A DNA stretch of 64,000 nucleotides, from assembly GCA_965219565.1 (NCBI GenBank), contig OZ244780.1, positions 2,476,256 through 2,540,255 on the forward strand, written 5' to 3'. Numbering within the stretch: the stretch's first letter is position 1; each line of letters starts with the position of its first letter. The position numbers and the translations under genes are program-made. Positions 37,676-45,300 of this stretch are shown piece by piece. Below the pieces are notes generated by a model that worked only from the letters and a program-made list of their open reading frames with translations, made no database searches and was not told the origin of the DNA. The DNA comes from Dehalococcoidia bacterium. Lineage in GTDB: Bacteria > Chloroflexota > Dehalococcoidia > Lucifugimonadales > JAGWBF01.

Positions 37676-38479
37676 CTAGCTGAGGCTTCCCATGAACTTG
37701 CGCCACACATCGACGCACTTGTCGGGATCGGTGTGCTGCACGAAGCCCGACGTTCCCTTTATGACCTCCAGCCTGGCGCCTGGAACCAGGCTGACTATGC
37801 CGTCTGCTCTTCCAGGCTCCCGGTTGTACTCCCCCTCGGAGATGAGGACCAGGGTCGGCGTGGTGATTTCGGGCAATATGGCAGTCAAGTCTACGGTGGA
37901 CAGGTACGTCAGGGTTTCCACAACCACATGCTGCGCAGTGGGTATCATCTGCTGGGCGTACCATTCCCTGTATCCGTTGTCGTTGTCCCCCGGCGGCGCC
38001 CTGCGGTCCATTTCCTGCCGCACCCAGGGTTCGACTCCCTGTGCCGCCACCAGGTCCCGGTTCTCCACGTAGGACGACGCCCCCACGAACTTAAAGGGTG
38101 AGCTGCACACGGTCAGGCTCTTGAGACGGTCGGGATACATATGGGCGAACCTCATGGAGATGGTGCCGCCCACCGTCTCCCCCACAAGATGGACTTTGTC
38201 CAGCCCCATTGCGTCCAAGAAGTTCCTTATGTCATCCGCGAACCCTTCCAGGGACCAGTCGTAGCCAGGAGCGGGCACGGACGAGTTCCCGTAGCCCCTG
38301 GCATCTATGCGCAGCGTTCTGTACTGGCGGGCCAACTCCGGGACCCATCCGTACCATAGCTTGTGGTTCTTGGCCTGGCCGTGGTGCATCACCACAGCGT
38401 CGGGAGTGCGCCAGGGGTCTGTGTAGTCGTTGTCCTCGTAGAACATTTCAAGGGAGCCCGGCAAGCTCACGGTGGGCAT
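37676..38479 (-). CDS. alpha/beta hydrolase
   Basis: Start MPTVSL at 38479 with a GGAG-containing RBS (GGGGGTGGAG). HHGQAKN, nucleophile elbow GETVGG. The tracked ORF extends to 38668 without support. Confidence 0.75.
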   Translation of the reverse strand: MPTVSLPGSLEMFYEDNDYTDPWRTPDAVVMHHGQAKNHKLWYGWVPELARQYRTLRIDARGYGNSSVPAPGYDWSLEGFADDIRNFLDAMGLDKVHLVGETVGGTISMRFAHMYPDRLKSLTVCSSPFKFVGASSYVENRDLVAAQGVEPWVRQEMDRRAPPGDNDNGYREWYAQQMIPTAQHVVVETLTYLSTVDLTAILPEITTPTLVLISEGEYNREPGRADGIVSLVPGARLEVIKGTSGFVQHTDPDKCVDVWRKFMGSLS

Positions 38480-38656
38480 ACTCCACCCCCAATACGGTCG
38501 AAAATCCAGGGCGATTATAGCATGACCCGTCCCACGGCTTCCCGACGCCGACGGGCGGGCGGAGGCCGGACCCGACAGCGCCTCACAAGCAAACGCCACG
38601 CGTTTACGACATCGGGTCCTACGCAAACCGATCTCCGGTGGGGTAAAATAGCCGCC

Positions 38657-41551
38657 ATGCCCCGCCACACGGAACCAAGCGCCAATAACGACCTGTCAGA
38701 CCTGTTGCGGCCCATGCTCCCCGGCTGGGAAGTGCGTTCCGAGAACACTCAGATCATCTTGGGCCACCCGGGCCTGCAACCCGATATCCTGATTACGGTG
38801 CAGGGCCGCTCTCCGGTGGTTATAGAGGCAGAATACATGCCCGCCCACACAGTGGAGGCGGAAGCTCTGTCCCGCCTGGGGCTGTCCGTCACCGTCCATA
38901 CCCGTCCCATCGAGGCGGCCATAGCCCTACGCTACCCAGAGGGTGTCGCCGACTCCGACGACCTCTTGACTGCGCTAGCAAACGCCCGGGTCTCCTATGC
39001 AGTTTTCACCGAGGACGGCAAGCGTTTCCCCGAATCGGGATGGCTGGACGGCTCCCCCATTGACCTTGCCGACCTTATACGCTTGGTGTCCGTGCCACAG
39101 CGTGCCGTCAACGCGGCTGCCACCGCACTGGAGAAAGGCATTGACCGAGCCGCCAACATTCTGAACGACATGTCAAAATTGCGACCCGGCATCACCGCCG
39201 ACATCGCCCGACTGCTGGGCATGAGAGATGTTCCTCAGACCCGGCGCATGGCCGGCGCCATCATTGCAAACGCACTGGTGTTTCACGAACGCATCGCCGG
39301 AATGCACGACGGAGTAAAACCGACCGAGATGGTGTGTGGGCCCGACGCTGCCAATCCCAAGGGCGAAACACTGGCTGCGTGGACCGAAATCCTGGAAGTC
39401 AACTACTGGCCCATATTCGCTATTGGCAAGGACATCCTCCGGCAGCTTCCGTCCGGAGACGCCGCCAACATCCTCAGGACTTTGCAATACACGGTCGACG
39501 AAGTAAACGCAGCCGGCATCAACAGCGCCCATGACCTGACCGGGCGCATCTTCCAACGCCTCATTGCCGACCGGAAATATCTGGCCACTTTCTATACCCT
39601 GCCAGCCTCGGCGGCCTTGCTGGCCCGGCTGGCTGTGGCCAAAATCGACCGTGTAGACTGGAGCGACGTAGAGGCCATTGGCAAGATGCGTATCGCCGAC
39701 TTCGCCTGCGGCACCGGCGCCCTCCTTGCCGCAGTCTACGAGCAGATAGCCGCCCTCTATGAACGAACCGGAGGGGACCCGGCGAAACTACATCCCATGA
39801 TGATGGAAGAGGCACTCTTCGGCTGCGACGTAATGCCGTCGGCAATCCACATCACAGGCTCGACCCTGTCGGGCGCCCAACCAGCCGTCCAATTCTTTCG
39901 GTCCCGTCTCTACACCCTCCCCTACGGTCGGCAACGAGACGGCAGTGTTTCCATTGGCTCCCTTGAGCTGTTGCAGTCCTCGGCGACGGGGGTCTTGTTC
40001 AACACCAGCGATCCTGCCTTGCGTACCAGCAGCATAGGAGAGGAGACCGCTAGCTACGTAATCGCCGACGTCCCTGACGAAGGCTTCGACGTGGTGATAA
40101 TGAACCCGCCGTTTACCAGCAACACTAAACACTATGATGCTAGCGAAGGAGTTGTAAACGCCGCTTTTGCCGCCTTCGATTCTTCTGAGGAAGACCAGTC
40201 CAGAATGGCGAATCGGCTGAGACAGCTGGCCACGGACACTTGCTATCACGGACATGCCGGAGAAGGTTCCGTATTCGCCGCGCTTGCCGACAAAAAACTA
40301 CACCCCAACGGGGTTATCGCTTTAGTGCTGCCCTTCACAGCAATCAACGGAGCCTCGTGGTCGAAGTTCAGGGAACTTATTGCCACACAATATGACGACG
40401 TTACGATTGTAAGCATCGCGGCCAATGGACACGACATGTCCTTTTCATCGGACACCGGCATAGCAGAGTGTCTTATCATAGGTCGCAAAATAGCTCGAGA
40501 TGAAGAGCCTAGCTATCGCGCAAAGTTCGTCTCTTTGCGGCACAGGCCGTCAAGTTTTGTTGATGCTCAACTGCTCGCCAGAACTATCGTGTCAGATATG
40601 GCCACTCGTCAATTGGAAGACGGGCCATATGGCGGCATACCCATATATAGCGGAGACGCCTTGACGGGAGAGTTGCTGGATGCTCCCATCGACAGGCACG
40701 AGAACGGCTGGGGCGCCGCTCGAATTCGTGATGCCTCAGTAGCCCAGACCGCGTATTCGTTGTCTTCCGGAAAGCTTTGGTTACCTGCGGAACCTAGTTC
40801 TTATGACATACCAGTAGCGCAATTGAGCCAAGTCGGGCGGCGGGGACTGGATTCTCAGTTGTTCATTAGCTCTGCCCACAAAGGTCCCTTCACCAAGGCG
40901 CCGCCCAGCCCCACCGCCACCTATCCCGCACTGTGGAACCACGACGCCAAGAATGAAACACGAATGGTCTGTACCCCTGACTCTCAATTGTTGGTCAGAC
41001 CCGGAATGGAGGCCAAAGCCTCTGAGGTTTGGGCAACTGCCAGCCGTGTTCATATCAACCGTGATTTTACTTTCGGTTCACAGGCTCTCGTCATTGCATT
41101 TACCGAATGGAGGTCCATAGGCGGCCGGGTGTGGCCCAACTTGATCTTCGGCGACGACAGATTCGACTATGCCTCCATGGTATGGGGAAACAGTACGTTA
41201 GGGCTTCTGAGTTATTGGTGGCACTCAAGCCGGCAGCAATCGAGCAAGGCTGGAATGACCATCCGATCTGCCGAAACGCTGCCAGTGCTGGACTTTCGCA
41301 CTCTGAGCGACGAGCAGTTGGCCTTGGCCCAGGAGATATTCGAAGAGTTCAGGGACAAGGAGCTCAAGCCTGCTTACCTGGCCGACGCCGACCCCAACCG
41401 TGCGCTGCTGGACAGACGCGTGGTCTGCGATCTGCTGGGATTCAACGAAAGCGTCTATGAAGGTGTCCGGCGTCTTGCCGCCAAGTGGTGCGCTGAGCCT
41501 TCGGTGCACGGCGGTAAGGCCCGACCCAAAGACGCCGTATTCGAGATGTAA
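38657..41551 (+). CDS. large N6-adenine-type SAM-dependent methyltransferase with N-terminal nuclease-like region (candidate type IIG/IIL restriction-modification enzyme)
   Basis: 964 aa from the ATG at 38657. Motif I DFACGTGALL (39698-39718) then motif IV NPPF (40103-40114), which is gamma-class order. N-terminal PDILITVQGRSPVVIEAEY (38780-38836). About 450 aa of C-terminal region of unknown fold. Confidence 0.65.
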   Translation: MPRHTEPSANNDLSDLLRPMLPGWEVRSENTQIILGHPGLQPDILITVQGRSPVVIEAEYMPAHTVEAEALSRLGLSVTVHTRPIEAAIALRYPEGVADSDDLLTALANARVSYAVFTEDGKRFPESGWLDGSPIDLADLIRLVSVPQRAVNAAATALEKGIDRAANILNDMSKLRPGITADIARLLGMRDVPQTRRMAGAIIANALVFHERIAGMHDGVKPTEMVCGPDAANPKGETLAAWTEILEVNYWPIFAIGKDILRQLPSGDAANILRTLQYTVDEVNAAGINSAHDLTGRIFQRLIADRKYLATFYTLPASAALLARLAVAKIDRVDWSDVEAIGKMRIADFACGTGALLAAVYEQIAALYERTGGDPAKLHPMMMEEALFGCDVMPSAIHITGSTLSGAQPAVQFFRSRLYTLPYGRQRDGSVSIGSLELLQSSATGVLFNTSDPALRTSSIGEETASYVIADVPDEGFDVVIMNPPFTSNTKHYDASEGVVNAAFAAFDSSEEDQSRMANRLRQLATDTCYHGHAGEGSVFAALADKKLHPNGVIALVLPFTAINGASWSKFRELIATQYDDVTIVSIAANGHDMSFSSDTGIAECLIIGRKIARDEEPSYRAKFVSLRHRPSSFVDAQLLARTIVSDMATRQLEDGPYGGIPIYSGDALTGELLDAPIDRHENGWGAARIRDASVAQTAYSLSSGKLWLPAEPSSYDIPVAQLSQVGRRGLDSQLFISSAHKGPFTKAPPSPTATYPALWNHDAKNETRMVCTPDSQLLVRPGMEAKASEVWATASRVHINRDFTFGSQALVIAFTEWRSIGGRVWPNLIFGDDRFDYASMVWGNSTLGLLSYWWHSSRQQSSKAGMTIRSAETLPVLDFRTLSDEQLALAQEIFEEFRDKELKPAYLADADPNRALLDRRVVCDLLGFNESVYEGVRRLAAKWCAEPSVHGGKARPKDAVFEM

Positions 41552-41728
41552 CGGCATCTCCCATCCGCATCTACCGCCCCCGTGACGCAGCCAAACACGG
41601 CAACCTGGTCACCGCGGAAAGAGCCCAGCGTCCAGACAGCGCCGTTTCCATCGGCGGAATCAAGTCTGTTATCATGGGTCTATCGCAAGCTGAACGTCTG
41701 CGGAACGTTGCGGAAGAGGGGCTGAGAG

Positions 41729-42553
41729 TTGCAACAAGACATCAAAGTGTCGGTGGGGGTGGGGGAGGAACCCCAAAGGCAGGACGACAGGCCGGTCAAA
41801 CTCCGCACTCAAGGTCTCAAGGCTTGGTACGGACAGGCGCTTGCCCTGCGGGACGTGGACCTGGCTATACCGTCCGAGCGGGTGACGGCCATAATAGGGC
41901 CTTCGGGCTGCGGCAAAAGCACCCTGCTTCGCTGCTTCAACCGCATGAACGACCTCATACCCGACGCACGGATAGAAGGACAGATACTCTTCAACGACGT
42001 GGACATCTACTCCCCGGAGGTGGACGCAACAGAGATACGCTACCGCATCGGGATGGTCTTTCAGAAGCCCAATCCTTTCCCAAAGTCCATCTACGACAAC
42101 GTAGCCTTCGGTCTGCGCATCAACGGATACAGGGGCAACATCGGGGACATGGTCGAGCGAACGCTGAAGCAGGCCGCACTCTGGGATGAGGTGAAAGACC
42201 GGGTGAAGAAAAGCGCCTTGACCCTCTCTGGGGGCCAACAGCAGAGGCTGTGCATAGCAAGGGCCCTGGCCGTGGAACCCGACGTAATCCTGATGGACGA
42301 GCCATGCTCAGCGTTGGACCCCATCGCAACTCTTGCCATCGAAGACCTGGTGCGTTCGCTTTCCTCGCAGTATACGATTATAATAGTCACCCACAACATG
42401 CAGCAGGCGGCCCGGGTGTCCGACCGAACTGCTTTCCTTTCGGTCGGCCCAGACAGCGCCGGTCACCTTGTTGAGTACGGGAACACTCGCCAGCTCTTCA
42501 CCAATCCCACTGACGAGAGAACCGAAGCCTACATTACAGGAAGATTCGGATGA
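41729..42553 (+). CDS. pstB: phosphate ABC transporter ATP-binding protein
   Basis: 274 aa. [55 protein letters not shown] start. Confidence 0.9.
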   Translation: MQQDIKVSVGVGEEPQRQDDRPVKLRTQGLKAWYGQALALRDVDLAIPSERVTAIIGPSGCGKSTLLRCFNRMNDLIPDARIEGQILFNDVDIYSPEVDATEIRYRIGMVFQKPNPFPKSIYDNVAFGLRINGYRGNIGDMVERTLKQAALWDEVKDRVKKSALTLSGGQQQRLCIARALAVEPDVILMDEPCSALDPIATLAIEDLVRSLSSQYTIIIVTHNMQQAARVSDRTAFLSVGPDSAGHLVEYGNTRQLFTNPTDERTEAYITGRFG

Positions 42554-43257
42554 CCGAAGAGCGAATAGGTATCACGAGGGAAGAGCCCATGCGGGTGCGG
42601 TCTGGGCTGGACCGCCAACTCCGCTTCCTCCAGGACGAAGTGCTGACCCTGGGGAGCATGGTGGAGAAGTCCATCGCCAGGGCCGTGGACGCCCTGGACC
42701 GCCGGGACCTGGAAGCCTCTCAGCAGGTCATCATCGAAGACGATCTGGTAGACAGCAAACGCTTCGAAATCGAGGAGAGGTGCATCGACCTTATAGCCAC
42801 CCAGCAGCCTATGGCCGGGGACCTGCGCATCCTGGTGTCCATGCTGCACATTGCGGTGGAACTGGAACGCATGGGCGACTATGCCGAGGGAATCGCCAAA
42901 ATCAACATCATGATGGGGGATGAGCCTCTCATAAAACCCCTCATAGACGTCCCGTTGATGACCGAAAAGGCGACCCGAATGCTTCGTCGCAGCCTGGAGG
43001 CTTTGGTGAACCGCGACACGGTGACGGCGCGCCAAGTGTGCAATGACGACGATGAAGTGGATGCGCTGTACCAGACGGTTTACCGGGACCTGCTGGACAT
43101 CATGATTAAGGACCCCACCACCATTCAACGAGCCACATACCTGTTGTGGGTGGCCCACGACTTGGAGCGAATCGCAGATAGGGCGACCAACGTAGCCGAG
43201 CGAGTGGTGTATCTAGTGACGGGCAAGATGGAGGAGATAAACGTCTCCAAGTACTAG
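42550..43257 (+). CDS. phoU: phosphate signalling complex protein PhoU
   Basis: 235 aa with the duplicated PhoU repeat ([13 protein letters not shown] / [13 protein letters not shown]). Overlaps the pstB stop by 4 nt. Confidence 0.9.
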   Translation: MTEERIGITREEPMRVRSGLDRQLRFLQDEVLTLGSMVEKSIARAVDALDRRDLEASQQVIIEDDLVDSKRFEIEERCIDLIATQQPMAGDLRILVSMLHIAVELERMGDYAEGIAKINIMMGDEPLIKPLIDVPLMTEKATRMLRRSLEALVNRDTVTARQVCNDDDEVDALYQTVYRDLLDIMIKDPTTIQRATYLLWVAHDLERIADRATNVAERVVYLVTGKMEEINVSKY

Positions 43258-43595
43258 CCCTTCTTGTGGAACATATGGAGCAGGTTGCGCTGATGGGCCC
43301 AGTTGTGGGCCCTTTTTAGTAGAGGCTCCGGTATCTCCCGCCCCTGAACCGTTATCTTGATGGTCTCATATTTTCCGCCCATCGGCGTGGGGGCGTCGGG
43401 CAGGTGAACAGCCTCGCACCCCCCGGCTTCTAGGGCCGCTTTCAGAGCATCGTAGCCCTTTAGCTTGGCGTTGGGGCTGCGGTACATGCGGAACTCCACT
43501 GAACCCAGCATCTCATGGAAGTGGTCCGCTGCCTCTTCGAGGTTGTTCCCGCCGCCTTGGCGCAGCTCCCTCCTGGTGAAACGTCGAGTGTTCAT
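43254..43595 (-). CDS. hypothetical protein
   Basis: 113 aa ORF with ordinary composition and no recognisable motif. Convergent with phoU. Confidence 0.4.
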   Translation of the reverse strand: MNTRRFTRRELRQGGGNNLEEAADHFHEMLGSVEFRMYRSPNAKLKGYDALKAALEAGGCEAVHLPDAPTPMGGKYETIKITVQGREIPEPLLKRAHNWAHQRNLLHMFHKKG

Positions 43596-43645
43596 CGAGT
43601 CACGAGCATGCTGAGCTTACGCACGCCGTCGACGCGGCGGAGAGC

Positions 43646-44041
43646 CTACGGCTCCCTGGCGTACTCCTGAAGCTCGATGCGTACGTTGTCAGGAGCCTTT
43701 ACGTAGCAGATAGTGCCGTTGCGGCCTTCACGGATGGGTTCCAGAACCTCGACGCCCGCCGCCTCCATCCTGGCAACCAACTCCTCCATCCCGTACACCC
43801 TCAAGCCGAAGTGGTCTATGCCCATCTGCGGCGCGGGGCTGGCTGGGGCCATGTCCTCGCCTGCCGGCACGTCCATAACGGTGATGCGGACGCCTCCCAT
43901 GTCCAAAGCCCTGTGGGTCTGACCTGACGCTGCAGTAAAAGTGTCAACGTGGTCGGCATCGAGGAAGTCCACGTACCACTGGACGGCTGCTTCGGGGTCC
44001 GTGGATCTCAAGTGAAGATGTGTCACCGATACACTGGGCAT
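43646..44041 (-). CDS. VOC (glyoxalase/bleomycin-resistance) family protein
   Basis: 131 aa. VTHLHLRSTDPEAA, GIDHFGLRV, paired beta-alpha-beta-beta-beta pattern. Confidence 0.7.
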   Translation of the reverse strand: MPSVSVTHLHLRSTDPEAAVQWYVDFLDADHVDTFTAASGQTHRALDMGGVRITVMDVPAGEDMAPASPAPQMGIDHFGLRVYGMEELVARMEAAGVEVLEPIREGRNGTICYVKAPDNVRIELQEYAREP

Positions 44042-44165
44042 AGCTCACCTCCAAGTTATGGTTTGCGCTTGGGAATAGGATTTGGAACAGACTAACATGA
44101 AAGCGGAAGCCTGAGAAGAATTGTTAGGACCGATGCTGGGACTTCAACACTCCCGTTCCATCCGA

Positions 44166-44573
44166 TTACCGATTCACAGGACCAAAACCCTTGAGCCGTA
44201 CGGCCGGAAGCCTTTTTAGCCTTTGATTAAGCGGGTCCACCTCAATGCCCACTGACTCTAGGGCAGTCACTCCCAGCAAAGGTTCGCTCTCCGCCTCACC
44301 CATAACAATCGTGCCGCCAACGATTTCACCCATGAACTCGATGTCTGCTGTCGTTACATCCATTCGAATTTCACTGCCGTCGGCCAGGGAATATACTCGC
44401 TGCCCTTTGGGTGTAAGACCTATGGATTCCAGACACGGCCGAGGAACAAGGGTATCGGTCGCCCCAGTGTCGACCAAGAACAGCCCCTCCCAAACCCTTT
44501 CTGGTTCGGCAGGGTTCCGTATGGCAACGGTTACATGTGTTGCTCCCATCTCAGGTCCTTTCTCGCTCACCAA
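44166..44573 (-). CDS. retropepsin-like (clan AA) aspartic protease
   Basis: 135 aa. Catalytic LVDTGATDTLV, then a GxxxxG-rich flap-like region. Confidence 0.7.
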   Translation of the reverse strand: MVSEKGPEMGATHVTVAIRNPAEPERVWEGLFLVDTGATDTLVPRPCLESIGLTPKGQRVYSLADGSEIRMDVTTADIEFMGEIVGGTIVMGEAESEPLLGVTALESVGIEVDPLNQRLKRLPAVRLKGFGPVNR

Positions 44574-44698
44574 AGATCAACTCAATACTAACATACCCCG
44601 CCAGGTGACCATGTCAGCATCCGATTCAACGCTAACAGGCACTGTCCAGGGGGACCGAGAAGAAGTCCAATCCATGTTTGTCTAAAAGGTCATCAGCC

Positions 44699-44728
44699 TT
44701 GACACTAATCTCGCTCAAGGGGTAGCAT
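44699..44728 (+). promoter_or_regulatory. candidate promoter TTGACA-N18-TAGCAT
   Basis: Perfect -35 at 44699-44704 and a weak -10 at 44723-44728. GGAGG RBS at 44747-44751, 5 nt before the ATG at 44757. Confidence 0.3.
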
Positions 44729-44756
44729 CCAGGCAACACTAGACACGGAGGTTCGG

Positions 44757-45293
44757 ATGGCAATAGGAAAAATCAGCATCCTGGACCCCACCGCCCAGTC
44801 CAACACCCAGGACTCCGGCTTGGCCCCCAGGGTCGGCGGACTAGGGGGCGGGACGCTGGGCCTGATCACCAATAGCTGGCGGAGCTTCGACGTGGTGTCA
44901 AACCACATCGAGCAGATGGCCAAGGACCGGTACGAGGTCCGTGAGGTGATGAGGACCATCAACCCTGACGTTTCCAGCCCCACTCCCAAAGACACGCTGA
45001 ACATCCTCATCGACAAGTCGGACGCCGCCATCGTCGGCATGGGACATTGAGGGTCCTGCACAACGTGGAGTGTCCACGACGCAGTTTCCCTGGATGAAAG
45101 CGGAGTCCCTTCAGTCGTGATAGTCACGGAGCAGTTCAGCCGGCTGGCTTCCACGATAGCCAAGTCCCGGGGCAGGCCCGGCCTCCCCATCCTTGTCCTG
45201 CCAGCCAACATAGAAGACCTGTCCGACAATGAGTTGGAGGACTTGGCACATAAGACCCTGGACCAGGCGGCAGAGAAACTGACAGAGGTCTAG
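44757..45293 (+). CDS. UGSC-motif protein, candidate selenoprotein (in-frame TGA at 45048-45050 read as Sec)
   Basis: The frame stays open for 81 codons after the TGA, to TAG 45291-45293. Read-through gives DAAIVGMGH-U-GSCTTWSVHDAV... A hairpin starts 13 nt after the TGA. The next gene starts 8 nt after the TAG. Confidence 0.7.
45057..45083 (+). promoter_or_regulatory. SECIS-like hairpin downstream of the UGA
   Basis: CGTGG-AGTGT-CCACG (45064-45078) with an outer TGC/GCA pairing (45057-59 / 45081-83). The core stem begins 13 nt after the UGA. Confidence 0.45.
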
Positions 45294-45300
45294 ACAGGCT

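Noticed and set aside
38363-38656. N-terminal 98-codon extension of the methyltransferase ORF (tracked start 38363)
   Set aside because: The extension runs antisense through the 5-prime end of the hydrolase gene and is Val/Gly/His/Arg-rich. The first ATG with a sensible continuation is 38657.
44705-45229. 174-aa minus-strand ORF covering the UGSC locus
   Set aside because: It is antisense to the read-through selenoprotein candidate, is Ser/Thr/Arg/Met-rich with no motif, and has no RBS. The plus-strand frame gives a coherent protein and fits the operon layout.
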